A DNA stretch of 64,000 nucleotides from Octopus vulgaris (taxonomy: Eukaryota), in the NCBI GenBank assembly GCA_951406725.2, contig OX597825.1, positions 2,170,001 through 2,234,000 of the forward strand, given 5' to 3'. Under the pieces are notes generated by a model. That model had not been told where the DNA came from and did no database searches. It was given only the letters and a program-made list of their open reading frames with translations. The position numbers were made by a program, and so were the translations under genes. Shown piece by piece: positions 26,580 through 39,400 of this stretch; position 1 is the first letter of the stretch; each line of letters opens with the position of its first letter.

Positions 26580-27213
26580 AAATTGAACGAAACTCCGCGC
26601 GTAGCATTTGAAAGAGATCGAAGCAAATGCAAATACGCTGGTGTCAAATCAGGAGAGTAGGGCGGGTGTGGCAGCACTTCCCAACCATGCGTTTCAATGG
26701 CTTCCTTGCTCATATTAGCGATATGATGGCGGGCGTTGTCGTGCAGGAGAAGAACTCCATGCCGCCGATTAGGTCTTTTCTGTTGAATAGCCGTGTTGAG
26801 TCGTTCCATCTGTTGGACATAGAGTCTCGCGTTTACCGTTTGGTTCCGTTTAAGCTATTAAGAATGGATAATCCCTTCCCAATCCCACCATTCACACATC
26901 GTTTTACGCGGATGAAGATCTTGTTTCACGCGCGGTGTCGCTTGTTTACCGGGGTTAAGCCATTCCTTAAGCTGCTTCATATTGATGTACATACACCATG
27001 TTTCGTCGCCAATAACGATTCGGTAAAGAAATCGTTGCTTGTGTCCTTGAGTTGAGCGGTGACGAGCAAGCAAACAAGCGGAGATTGTGGTTCCTTGATT
27101 TTTGTTGTTGTCACTTAAAGCATGCGGAACGCATGCTCCTTGCTGCTGAACCTTTCCCATCGAGTGAAGATGCTTCTCTATAGCAGTGTGGGAGTATTCT
27201 ATTTTCTCTGCCA
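26580..27213 (-). mobile_element. Mariner (DD34D) transposase fragment, pseudogenised
   Basis: ORFs 26858-27295 and 26570-26809 give CVPHAL (WVPHEL motif), IVIGDETW, LHDNARHH and HPPYSPDLTP. Closely similar in DNA to 50400-51030. Confidence 0.95.
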
Positions 27214-29244
27214 CTATAGTATCATGCATCGCAGGGTCAATATCTAGGAATTTGCCAATGCTGGAGTGATTAGTTTTAGATGATGGCCATTGCAATCCTT
27301 TCCTCTCGCTTTAAGTCGTTCAGATGAATATTTAAGTATGGCACAAATGTCTACTCATTTTAGATTCTCCTTTGACTTCTGGTTGTAAAATTGAAAGAAT
27401 GTATTAGATATTTACTGAGTTGAGTTGTTTGATTTTCATTTGTTTTCTTTTAGGAGTTTTGTTGGGTGAGATAGGTGTTCATTAAACTGAATAACGTTCG
27501 TAGGTTTTGAGATTCTTGTGGAGTTATGCGCTTTGGTGCGAACATTGTTTTTATGGTTGTTAATCCTGTAAATAATGCTTTATAGAGTCTTGCTTTTAGA
27601 TTTGTGTTTTACATTAAATGCAAATGATTCTGTGTTTTCCGTCCTTGTAAGTTTTATTTGTTCGTTATTTGTTTAGTTCTTTGAAGCTGATGTTTATTTT
27701 AGATGTGTGCGATTTTGTTCTGATGTGTTTGATGCTGTCCGAAGGCTTTATTAGTTTCACTATTTCTGGTGTGTAACTGGGGGATTATTTGTACGTCGCA
27801 TTATGGCATTTACTCTTTTAGATGCGTCTATCATATTTTGACGAATGTTTGTAATGCAGTGTTTATATTAGTGACTATGTTTTTATTGAAGTCTGGAAAC
27901 CCTGGTTCTATTTCTTCGAGGATCACAGTCCGTTTTGTAATAAATAAAAGTGTTTTGCTTCAACATTCATCACTGTGTTTAATGTTAATTAAATGCGGTA
28001 TGTGTAGTTATTTTCAAAATGGATGCAATGATTAGGTCTGCCAAGGAGGAGCCGATACGTTCACGAAGTAATTTTGTATGGGTATAGAAGTATAGTTGTA
28101 TTATGCCACCATATTTGGTTGTACATTCTTTTAATTAGTGTGGAAGGCTGTATGCGTTGCTTGACTTTCAAGAATCTTATATCTTATTGGAACAGTGTCT
28201 TCAAAATAACTGAATATACAGAATATTCTATCAGAGAATAAAATTCGGCAGAAACAAAGAGGAGCAAGAGATAGCTAGACAATTCTTGGAACGATGCATA
28301 GAATTGTTTCTGCGTGGTAATGTACACAGATTCAATGAAAGATCCGTAAAACAACTTTAGAGAAAGAGAGCCTTAACACCGCAGCAACGTTAAGTGCTTC
28401 GTATTGTCTTCAGAATACACAAAAACTTTTCAGCAAAAAAACGTTTAAAAAAATACTCAGAAATTACACTTTACGAGAATAAAGATATTGAGTGCAACAA
28501 CAAAATCGTTAAAAACCGAAAGGACCAATAACACACTCGAAATTCCCATAGCTATGCGGAGAATACATTTAGACATAAACATGTCACATCATAAATTCTG
28601 AAAACATGGCTCAAAAATATCTAAAAAAAATTCTTCAGAACAACACTTAAGGCATTAAAAAATCACGGGTCTAAAAAAACTTATCATCATTCAAACAGTA
28701 TAGCAATAATTCAAGAAATATTCTGACAAGCGAAGAAACCATACACATATCATACCAAATTATTCCCACATGAGACCAAATATATCCTCGTGTACTGGGA
28801 TGACGGAGTCTAATATTATACATAAAAATTCCATTCAATATATAGATATCACGAATGACATTGGTAAACGAATAAGAAAAAGCATTACACTAGAAATGTA
28901 AGTTTTCAAAATGAAAACACACAAAGCTCATAAATATAAGCTGCACATAAACGCATAGTCACATTTACTTGCAGGCATATATACACACACAAATATGTAT
29001 ATGCGTCACTAACATTCTTACCAACAATCCCACCAAATTAATCACCGCTCTCCATAGCAATATGACATCTTCGTAGTCATCGTATTCGGAATAAATTTTC
29101 AACGCAACAGTTAACCTCAAATACTACAGAGATGGGGAGGTTTTCCGTATTTTAGCCGATCATATATCGTAAGTATATGCGTCTTAATCTTACTCAACAG
29201 AAGGGAACATCTTGGTTATCAGTGAGTGACATACGGAGCCATTA

Positions 29245-29430
29245 TTCAGTTGCTTCACTTGCTAGAAATAGAAACCTAATCTCCCTCATATTACACTACC
29301 CCGAACTCAAAAAGTGTACGACACTAGGTAATGTACATTTTATAGCTAACCATTAAAAAGGAAGGATGCTCACGGCTTAAATACCTCTCATTATGGGTAC
29401 TCGTAATGAGGAATGGTGCGGAGGTCAGCA
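29245..29430 (-). repeat. Interspersed repeat family B copy
   Basis: The reverse complement contains tacattacctagtgtc...atgagggagattaggtttctatttctagca, similar to cattatccaatgt...gattgttatttgtagc at 54509-54582. Confidence 0.5.
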
Positions 29431-30953
29431 GCAGTGTACTCAATGTATATTCACGATGTTTTATATGAAACTGCTAGCGGAAACCGGATGTTCTGCTTCA
29501 GTAAGGCCGTGATAAATTTATTTTAAAAGAAACCAGCAAACATTCATATACATTGGAAATGTTCGCAGAATAAATTACTCTTTGATATCATTCAGAAGAA
29601 AAAAGAAAGAAGCTATAAGTAAGTCTGATGGTGATAAAGTATTTATTACATGAATAATGAAAAAAAACCATGTTGTGATACTACAACGTTAGAAAAAGAG
29701 TAAAAAAATCATACCAGTCAATGGGTTTGTTCATATATCACCTCCTGATATATAGAGACGGGCACATCATCAATGATATAATTGTAGGTTGATGCCTGTC
29801 TGGGCTTTTTCAATAATTTAAAGAACCATATTGCTTTATTCTTTCTCCAAGTATGGGAGAAAAGTCCAAACATGTTTCTCGCTTATCAACCCTGCTGTAT
29901 GAAGGACGATTTTTACGACACCCGCCGATGTATTGGTAAAAGAACTATCAAGAGAATGTACAACCACAAATATCTGCTATCAACATAAAAGATAACCCCC
30001 AAACAGCTACGTTAACTTAATATTTAGATATTTAATATAATGCGTTCGTATACATTAGATGGTTGCATAAACAGTCATAGGTGGTGGAGAGTGATGGTTG
30101 ACGTTTTGAAAATTATCGTGATGTTATTAAATTTACGCCCCGTCTCCCGAGATCAATATTCGTCGACCAGATCTGTGATCAAATATAATCGATCATTTGA
30201 CGCAACACCTTTTATTTCAGGTTAGTGATACCTTTTGTGGCCGCTTATTAGAGTCATCACAGCTTTTAATATAATAGAATACTTTGTGGTGATCGTCCAG
30301 TTCCCCGCACTTGCACTCTGACTTGAAATCCACTGAAGATCATCTTGTAATTTGTCTTTGAGGGTTAATGAATAAAATATCAGCCGAGTAATGGGGTTCA
30401 TTCTCCTCTTTCTCTTTCTTTTTGTCTGGCTTTCTCATATTCCTGAAGAATCTGGTCCTGTTCCGACTCTGAGACTAGGATTTTGGATACAAATTGAAGT
30501 TAGAAAAACAAAAAATAATAATTGATATATACTCAGTAAAAAATGGGAGAAACGAATTAGTATAAAGAAGTGACAAATTCGTTTAGATTTATTGATTGTA
30601 ATCAAAGAAAATTGGTTTAAAAGTCAATCACGAAGGTTTCAATGAGTGTCGGTTCTTTCATTCCAGTTGAAGCTACTTTAAATAACAACGATTGCAACTA
30701 ATAACAAAAGAAAAGGCAATAAAAATGTTTGGGTGCCTAGCATTTATCGTAATAACTGTAGTAATTCGAATAGTCTGTTTCTTTTATTCTTTAGTCATTT
30801 AAAAAGAAATGGTAGACCAAGTTGTGGGCAATTAACGGGTTTTAATGTGTTGAAAAATTGTATTATCAATAAAACGAAAGGTCACACGTAAAGCTTTCTT
30901 ATACTGAAAGAAAAAAAGAGCAGAGTAACCGAAATAATAGCTTGCGGTGAATT

Positions 30954-31901
30954 GGTGATGCGATAAAATCTTATATAAATGACTAATTGTTGATGCTGTT
31001 GGAGTTAAGTGTGGTTTATTCTGCGTTAGGTTGAGCTGATGTGTTGCCAAGAATTTAATTATGTGAGAGTTGATCATAACTTAAGTAGCAATACGGATGT
31101 CTTCCGCCCTAATGAACAACACAACCATCCAAATTCTATTGATCGTCTAATTTCCTCTTAAGGCATATTGTCTTCTCGTAATTCTTATTTTCAAATATCG
31201 ACTCAATAAACATTTTTAATCGTGTTTTCCCATCTTGTTTTCGTCAGCGATTTCCGTTTTAATTGTCATTTATTATCAAGAATAACTCTTAATTTATCAC
31301 AGCATCTTTAAAGTCATTTCACATCTCAGCTGCCACCAGCGTGTCTTGATCCTGACATTTTGTTTTTCGTTGATTATGTACGACTCTGGCCATTAGCTGT
31401 ACACATTATGCTTAGTATAGACAAATGGTATTTATCTTCTCTAATTTCAATGAAGTATATTTGTATTGCAAGATAAAATATCCAATTTAATTTTACTTAA
31501 AGCAATGTGAAAATGCCTAAACTGCTATGTACTCTCTTAGATTAAAGGACCGTTCCTAATGAAATATCAAAACAGTGTCAGTATCTACATCCGAATAAAA
31601 GTGGAAACGTAGAATACATTACGACAATTAAATCCCTCGTAAAAGATTATTTTAATGAATCGCAAATCAATATTTGAATGGAGTGCATAGGTTGTATGAA
31701 CGATTTTTAAAAGCGGTACAAGGGTTTCCAGAATAACCACAGAATATTTTAAGTGTCAGGGAAACCAAATCTGAGTATTTATAGAAGCCTCATAATTTCC
31801 TGAGAATGCCGTGTACAACAGGTGATGTGATAAGATCTTATACCAATGGCTAATTGTTGCTGCTGTTAGAGTTAAATGTGGTTTATTCTTCGTTAGGCTG
31901 A
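30954..31901 (+). repeat. Pair of ~80-bp direct repeats (30954-31033 and 31821-31901)
   Basis: ggtgatgcgataaaatcttatataaatgactaattgttgatgctgttggagttaagtgtggtttattctgcgttaggttga versus ggtgatgtgataagatcttataccaatggctaattgttgctgctgttagagttaaatgtggtttattcttcgttaggctga. Confidence 0.9.
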
Positions 31902-32102
31902 CAGGCGTACGAGCGTCTTGTAATCCTCATTTCCGATTATACTTTCAAGAAGGTTCATACTATAAAACTTTACAATAGCTCACCCTCTACAGCTACTGAA
32001 TTTGGAATACAACATAATGCATGCTCTCATAATGACATACATTTCTATGTATGCAAGTATACGTGGATATATGTATACATAAATGAGAACGCACTTAATA
32101 AA

Positions 32103-32330
32103 TGATTAAGAAGTTCGCTTCGCAAACATGAGGTCCCGAGTTTGGTCCCACTGTTTGCCATCTTCTATAATGATTGCAAGATTTGGCACAGGGCCAATAT
32201 TTCTCCAAGTGGTGGCGTAAGCCCATTGCATTGATCCAGTGTTTCATTTGGAGTCATTTTATCGAATCTGCCACCTGGCAACAGTATTCTACTTTCAATA
32301 AACGCCTTAATCGATTCTATATTTCATCTT
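32103..32330 (+). mobile_element. Degenerate tRNA-headed SINE (family C)
   Basis: gattaagaagttcgcttcgcaaacatgaggtcccgagtttggtcccactg resembles the reverse complement of the head at 37230-37285. Confidence 0.5.
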
Positions 32331-32879
32331 TATCAGCGTCGTTAAAATATGCTCAAATAAAGTACTTTCAATGTGTTCTTCTGAAATGGTGTCATTTGCA
32401 GAGATTGAGTTGTTTGTATTGAGACAAAGATATACTGATATAAGTTCTCTGGCAAACAATCCTTTCACGTTCAACATAATATTTTCAATTTGCAGCTGTG
32501 GAAGAAACTGCATGTTATGGAAGACATAATGGAGATTTTAAGATTTTAAATACTATATCTCTATACTGCCTATCAAATTTCTCTTTTAGATATTTTGATG
32601 GTTTGCTTTTCAAGACATAGCTTCTGTCACATCACATTTCGTATCAAGATAAACTGAGAAATTGTCTCTTCAAAGGAATAAAATTATATTTTTCAGCTTA
32701 TGGTTACACCTAGCTGAGGATGTTTGCCTTTATCTTGGTTGGTGCCTGTAGCTCCTTGAAACGAGTTGATGTAGTTGCTGAGATAACATCAAAACATTTC
32801 CTCTCGTATATTATTTTTATAATCATTTACTCATTATTTTGTAAAAAAAAACGTCCCTCCTCTTTCGTGAAAGAGCGAA

Positions 32880-33050
32880 GTCAGCAATTAAGGTGTTGCG
32901 CTCATGATCGTAAGATCGCGGTTTCGGTGCGAAGTGTCCTTCAGCAAAAACCTTCATTCGTGGTTGCTTCGGTTCACTCAGCGAATGCATTCCGTCAATA
33001 TCCGGTAAGTGAACCCTGCGACGGACCGGCGTCCCATTCAAAGGATGCGT
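32880..33050 (+). mobile_element. Degenerate SINE with a tRNA-like head and a V-domain-like motif
   Basis: Head ...ttaaggtgttgcgctcatgatcgtaagatcgcggtttcg, then gtgtccttcagcaaaaac, then accctgcgacggaccggcgtcccattca, which resembles the ccctgcgatggactggc motif I recall from V-type SINEs. Confidence 0.5.
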
Positions 33051-34787
33051 TGTGTTCTTTGCAGCTTATATGTGTTTTAAAGCCTCATGGAAGACCTAAA
33101 ACTAAAATTCTGTTATTTTATTTATTGGTATCGTTTCTAGCTGGGAAAGTTTGTTTTGAAATATGTTGGCAAATCTTTCAGACAAATAGTGACTTGTTAC
33201 CCCATATCGACGATCACTTGTTGTCTACTGTTGACGCTTTAGAGTTCATCTGCTGTTCATGGGTGAAATCTAGAAGAATTGTCGTTAAACATAAGATCAT
33301 GCATTCCTATATACTACAAGAAGCTTCAGGAATATTACAGCCTGGCTCTATTTTGTAGTTTTTATTAAGAACTTTATTTATGAAAAGGTTACTCGCCTAT
33401 GATGAAACGGGGGATTCAGGTATATGTATCGGTTTATCTTTGATAATGCTGTTAGCATGTTCATTAAGGTTTTGGCGGTGTATATCTGGATGTTTGTATT
33501 TGACAGGTTGTTTATATAAAGTCAACCAATTAGGGTTCTAGCAGGGAAGAACAACAATAATGTTTAGGAGAAATACCATTTCTTTAGCAAGAGAAGTATA
33601 TGGACCTTAGAAGTTGAAAGTTCTTCAATCATGTTTAAAGTGAAAGTATCCAGTAACCAGGTGAGGTGAAGATTACCAAAGTCTGTTCTTCGTTGATATC
33701 AGCTCACTAATCTGCTTCTCGAGTACAGGATTTAATCCCTCTTTGCTCACCTCGATGCCCACAAAATCGTCGCAGCTATTGGCTGTGATTCAAACATTTG
33801 AAAATCCATTGATGACACAACATCAGGACATGACACTATCGAAAGAGACGTCATGCACTTACAATGTAACTCCCCATTATTTCACTACTAAACACTTTAT
33901 CCACTTTAGTAATATATTGTCCGTTTCATCCATGTATTAGGCATGAATGTTACTGAGTCTGCAAGTGACTTCCATTCCGCTGTTGTAGAGTATTCTTTGT
34001 TCATTAAAATAGCACAAACTACATTTTGCCGATCCATAATCCACAGTCAGAAATAATAAATAAGTTATTGCTCATTTCTTATTCATATAGTAACTTTCTG
34101 TCGTGTGTACTTGCTGCCGACATGAATATTTTCCAGAAAAAAGAAAAAAAAATTAAAAAAACCACCAGCATAATAAACGCAAAGCTAATTATTCTAGGAA
34201 AAATCCCACCTGTTCGAATGATATACATAAATAAAATCACCGAGAGCTACGAACTCAAGGTAATGTGTATGGTAAACTGGAAGCCACATACTTGCTTTAT
34301 GTTTTTTTTTATATTTCTGGTTCTCCTTAAGACCTGCTACCATATTAAGAGTGTGAACAGACGGAAATAAATCAACAGAACATTGCAGACATCGGAGTAA
34401 ACATCGGTTACTTTTTAATTTATTATTCCTCATTCATTTATTTATTTTTGTTTGGAAATCGTCTGCCAAGTTAATTCAAATCCATTCTTTACTAGGTATC
34501 CGTTCTTTGATAAAGGATTGATTATATTGGCTTCGTTGTAACAACGACGGCCATGTTGCTAGCAAATGTATAAAACCATTTAAGGACCTAAATTATTTTC
34601 CGTAAAAAATATTTTATATTGAATCTTCGAGATATTTTACAATTGTGGGTTAACATATTCAATTTTAAATCAGAGAAAGTGTTTTTTAAGCTTCAATAAA
34701 TTTACCCGTGATTACATTTACAGATTTTAACATCTTCAATATTCATTATTTCTAAGTTGTACAAGTTTAATCAAGGAGTGACACGTG

Positions 34788-35162
34788 TAAATTATGATCG
34801 AAGGATTTCTCGGTTTATTTGTTAATGTATGCGTGCTAGAGTTATACCTGTTGTGCAGATATAAGCTGAGACTCTTCCTATGTATTTTTACCTGAATTCT
34901 CAAGTCTTGGAATTTTGGTATTTTTATGTCGACAGGTAGGCTTTTTTCATATATCACAAATATAGAAGTACAAACATATATATATATATATACTAGTACT
35001 TCTATATTTGAGTTTTAATGTACTAAAATCCTAGAAAGTTTTTGAGAATTCAGGGAAAAATACATAGAAATATTCTCTGCGTATGCATCTACGCAACAGA
35101 TATAATAATTCTAACACGCATACCTAAAGAAATATGCTACGAAATCCTTCGATTATAATTTA
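34788..35162. mobile_element. ~375-bp fold-back (palindromic) element with a (TA)n centre
   Basis: Paired segments: taaattatgatcgaaggatttc / gaaatccttcgattataattta; tatgtatttttacctgaattctcaa / ttgagaattcagggaaaaatacata; caaatatagaagtac (34957-34971) / gtacttctatatttg (34996-35010). Confidence 0.85.
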
Positions 35163-35594
35163 GGAGTTGAAATAAAAGGAAATATAAATTATTTCCTTCA
35201 TGTGATAAAAAAATATTATCTACGAAACAACACTATATATATTTTTAGGAGCTACGCATAGTATTATTCCATGAAGGCGCCTCAGGCAGCATTTTATAAC
35301 GCGTCTAGAGCTTTCACGCAAACCTCAGCTCTCACTCCACAGGTATAACAAGCTAAAACAAGACAACAGAATAAGGAAATATACGAAAAGAAAAAACCCC
35401 AAAGGAAATCAGGTGTAAGAAATGGAATGCTGAATGGATTGTGGTTAAGAGTCTGTGGCACAGGTGCTCAGTCCGGAGAGGGTGTTATTTTCCAATTTAT
35501 CAACAGGAATTTATACATATATCTACAGTCGGTTACAGCACTTACCTAGTGTACCTAATCGTTTAGATCACCTGTGAACTAACCCCCCATAAGT

Positions 35595-35636
<42 letters not shown>

Positions 35637-35640
<4 letters not shown>

Positions 35641-36620
35641 ACGCAAAGAATATAAAATACACGTGGAAATGTAAGGGTAAAATATGAAAAATCAACGAAA
35701 ATGCACATTGCAAATAAAAAAAGGCTATTTATGACAGGTAAAGACAAATATATACATTTAGGTTGACTGAGGTAGTAATACGAGTCATAAAAATCATTAT
35801 TATGAGATGATTATAAGATGATAATAAAGTAAGAGAACAAAACGGACCATAGTTTACGCAAAGATAGATCGTTTGAACAACACCGGTTAATACACGGTGT
35901 CAGGTCTAATAGTTCCTGAGAAAAAAGATTATTTGTAAGGGAGGTAAGTAGTTCTAGATTTAGAGATGTGAGTGGTGTAGGAAGTGTATATGGTTTTGTG
36001 GTTTCAATTGAAGAGTTAGTGGTGTTCTGTATTGAGTTGTGTGTTCATATTTAGTTGGGGGAGAAATTTATTGATGAAAAATGCCTCTTTATTCAACCTT
36101 TGTTGCATTGTGGTGTTCTGTGAACATTGGTAAAAGAGAAATATTTGGAAATTGGGATTAAGATTCCTGGCACATCTTTCTATCTGTTCACTCAACTTTA
36201 ACTGTCTGTATTGTGGGTGATGGATTTGCTCTTTGTGAATGGTGATTCTTTGACGGAGCGAAATTCTTGTTTGTCCAATATAGAGTTTACCACATCCTAT
36301 GCATGTCATGACATAGATTACATTTGCTGAGGCGCAGGTGAAATTTGATTTGATCTTAAATATTTCTCCTTGTTTGAATTGGAATTCCGAACCCTCCGGA
36401 AGATGGGGGCATGTTCCACAGTTAGAACCTCCACATTTTGGCTCAGTTGTTAGTGGGTAAAGTCTAGCGCTGGTTAATATTTTTTCAGTGACTTCGGTTG
36501 CTTTTTGCTTTTTATAATTTTATATGAGCTTAAAATTACGTTCATTGTTTTGTCTGCTGTGAGGATGGGAAGGTTTTGGGTGATGATGTTGAAGGCTTCG
36601 TTGTTTGTGGGGTTATATGT
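35637..36620 (-). mobile_element. 5'-truncated Penelope-like retroelement: linker, Cys-rich motif, GIY-YIG endonuclease and 3' non-coding tail
   Basis: Minus-strand translation: [20 protein letters not shown]...KQPKSL[1-bp frameshift in the A-run at 36481-36485]KILTSARL..KCGGSNCGTCPH..FTCASANVIYVMTCIGCGKLYIGQT..LRQRITIH..E..FINKFLPQLN. VIY..YIG with the conserved R, H, E and N residues is a GIY-YIG domain, and the CxxxxCxxC linker is typical of Neptune-type PLEs. (TA)n on both flanks. Confidence 0.92.
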
Positions 36621-36627
36621 ATATATG

Positions 36628-36700
<73 letters not shown>

Positions 36701-37147
36701 GTGTGTGTGTGTGTGTGTATATCTATATGTATGTATACAAGGTGCAGTGAATATATTGTCGTATAAATTACACAAAAGTGAACATAGCACTGACATAAAA
36801 ATATCTTGAAATCGTAAAGAGTAAAATTAGTCAATGAAATTTAGTCATTGGCTTCAGCCACACTCTCCAGACTACTTCGGAATCTCCTGCAGTACTTCTG
36901 GACGGTCTCTTTGTTTAAGGGAACGAAAAATAAAAACATTTACCATCTTTTTACTGGACCATGGTTTCTGACTTATTCTAGTAAATAAAATAATTTACCA
37001 TGGGGAAGTCTTCATCAACAGGGACGCCAAGATTAAATATACAAACACGAGGCCAATCCAGGAAGTTCCCCCTGCTTATATATTTCATTTTTTTTACAAA
37101 TGATTTTGTTATTAATTATATATATATATATACATACATATATACGT

Positions 37148-37285
37148 GACAGGCTTCTTTCAGTTTCCGTCTACCCCATCTACTCCAAGTTTTTGTTGAC
37201 ACGAGGTTATTGTAGAAGACACTTGCCCAGGTTGCCACGCAAAGGACCTGAACCCCGTACCATATATTTGAGGATCAAGCTTCGT
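37148..37285 (-). mobile_element. tRNA-headed SINE (family C)
   Basis: Minus strand: ...ggtacggggttcaggtcctttgcgtggcaacctgggcaagtgtcttctacaataacc...gtagacggaaactgaaagaagcctgtc, i.e. B-box-like gttcagg plus a CORE-like acctgggcaagt motif, ending in a (TA)n/(TATG)n tail. Confidence 0.75.
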
Positions 37286-38055
37286 ATTATATAGCCTTGG
37301 TGGGGTTTATGTTTTAAATTTGTTCAGTTTGTTGGAGGAAACTATTGCCCTTCTTGTGCAATCAGGTTTTGCTTTTAGATGAGAATCCTGTTTTCGCTCT
37401 CCCTGCACCTTCTTTATTTGTAGGGAGTTTCACCAGTTTACTTCGAGTGTGAGTCATCTGCCATGAAGTCATTCGTTTTAGTAGTTTCGTCGTAGCAGTT
37501 TCTCCATTGGTTGTTAACGGTTTCATAAGGGTATAATGAAGGGTAATATATTGTGAAGTGATCCGTAGTTTGTTTGACAACTCATAACGAATGTGAAATA
37601 ATGAATATGATGTTTATCCAGTTGTAAAGTGTCAATAGAATGAAACCTAAAGGTGACTAACCGTGACAGGTCGATGGCCAACGCGAAGAGGAGAAATTTA
37701 ATTAAGATAGATGCAATACGCGCAAATGTTGGTTAATTCAACAGGAATCAACCTCAGTTTGAAGACTTTGAAAATTGTCAAATAAGAATATCGCAAAGCA
37801 ATACAGTTGATCTATACTAAGAGCTGCGCGACGAAAATATCGATGCGACATGAAATAAACGGGAAGTAGAGTTTAATGACTTTGTGGTATGTAAATGAAT
37901 GACATGTTTCCGTTATGATAGTCCTTTCTATGTATGTATGTATGTATCTATCTATCTAGCTAGCTGTCTCTGCCTGCGCGTGTGCCTATAAGGTGTCATT
38001 ACACCTAGATACATACATATACGTATGTAGATACCATATATATATATATATATAT

Positions 38056-39315
38056 TAGTTTCAGCTCATAGCTGTGTCCATGCTGGGGCACCACCCTTTT
38101 GTTACACCGTTATTATCGTGAGATTCCTTTAATATGTGACATTTGGTGAATAAGGGAGTTTAATGTTGCTACCCTCATTTGCAGCTCCTGCCGCGAAGTA
38201 GGTTCATCTGGGACTCTCGACAGGAAGAGGTCCAGTTTTGATTTGAAAATACCGACGTCCACTTTCGGTAGTCCCTCGGTCTCTTTGGGAGAATATTAAT
38301 AAGCTGTGGGCCCCTGAAACTCAGGCTGTTGCAGTAACTAATCCTCAAGTGCGATGGCATTGCTTGGATATTTGGCACTGTGTAGTGTCGACCCGTTCTG
38401 GAATTTCGGTAGCTTTCAATGCCAAAATTTGGCACAATCCTTTCCAGGATCTTGCAGATGTATATTACTGTATATCTCTCCTGCCTTCACTCCAGGGAGT
38501 AGAGTCTTAGCTGTTTCAGCCTATCTCAGTAGCTGAGCTGTTGCAAAGAGACAATCTTCTTTGTGAAGTTTCGCTGGAATGAAGTTTCACTTCAAGGTCT
38601 GCTGTTAATTTTACACTGTTGGGTGACCATAGCTGGGAGCAGTAATCCAGGCGACTGAGGATGAATGTCCGCCAGAGGACCATCATGGTTTCCTTATCTC
38701 TGGTTCTGAATGTTCTTAGGATCCATCCATCCATACATCCATCCATCCATCCATCCATCCATCCATTCATCCATCCATCCATCCAACCAACCAGCCATCC
38801 AGCCATCCAGCCATCCAGCCATCCGGCCATGAAGCCAGCGAGTCGTGTGCACTTTGAAAGGGGTGTTATCACTCATGTCGATACCCAGGTCCCTCACTGA
38901 TGTAGGGTTTGAGATTGTAATCATCTGTGGGTCAGTGTACTCTATAAGTTTTATATTCAGTTTGGACGCTGGTAGCGCAGGGCTTGGAATTTTTCAGCAT
39001 TAAACTGCATAATATTGTCCTAAGCCCAAGTAAGTCCAATTCCTGCTGCAGACGTGCAACATCGCTGGGGTTCTGTATTTTCTGCGAGACTTTCGTATGG
39101 TCTGCGTATCTAGCAAAGGTAGATCTGAGGGCATATCCGGGTGGGTCACTATCAAAATGGTCCCAAGATAGAGCCCTGCGGAACACCACTCACTATTTGT
39201 GTTTTCATTTATGTAGCTCCATTGGCCACTACTGCCTGATTTCTATCTTTCAGAAAAATCATGCAACCACTCTCCAAGTTTTACAGCTATGGCAAGATCA
39301 TGTAGTTTGTGGCAT
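38056..39315 (-). mobile_element. 5'-truncated CR1-group LINE (RT C-terminal half and 3' end), pseudogenised
   Basis: Across frameshifts: KLGEWLHDF, SGVPQGSILGP, YADHTK (YADDTK), [58 protein letters not shown]. The 3' end gccccagcatggacacagct..gctgaaac abuts (TA)n. Confidence 0.92.
38721..38830. repeat. (CATC)n/(CAGC)-variant microsatellite inside the LINE
   Basis: Directly visible; it interrupts the MAGWILRTF codons. Confidence 0.95.
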
Positions 39316-39359
39316 GTCATACATACATACATACATACATACATACATACATACATACA

Positions 39360-39395
<36 letters not shown>

Positions 39396-39400
39396 TATAT

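Noticed and set aside
27300-28400. Possible very old Penelope RT remnants (also 33100-33720) and RTE-like remnants (1630-1910, 2280-2560, 20900-21420, 53450-53900)
   Set aside because: Only faint, few-residue resemblances by eye; a profile-HMM or tBLASTn search is needed before calling them.
32720-33358. 212-aa ORF
   Set aside because: It runs through a degenerate SINE and decayed sequence and has no recognisable motif.
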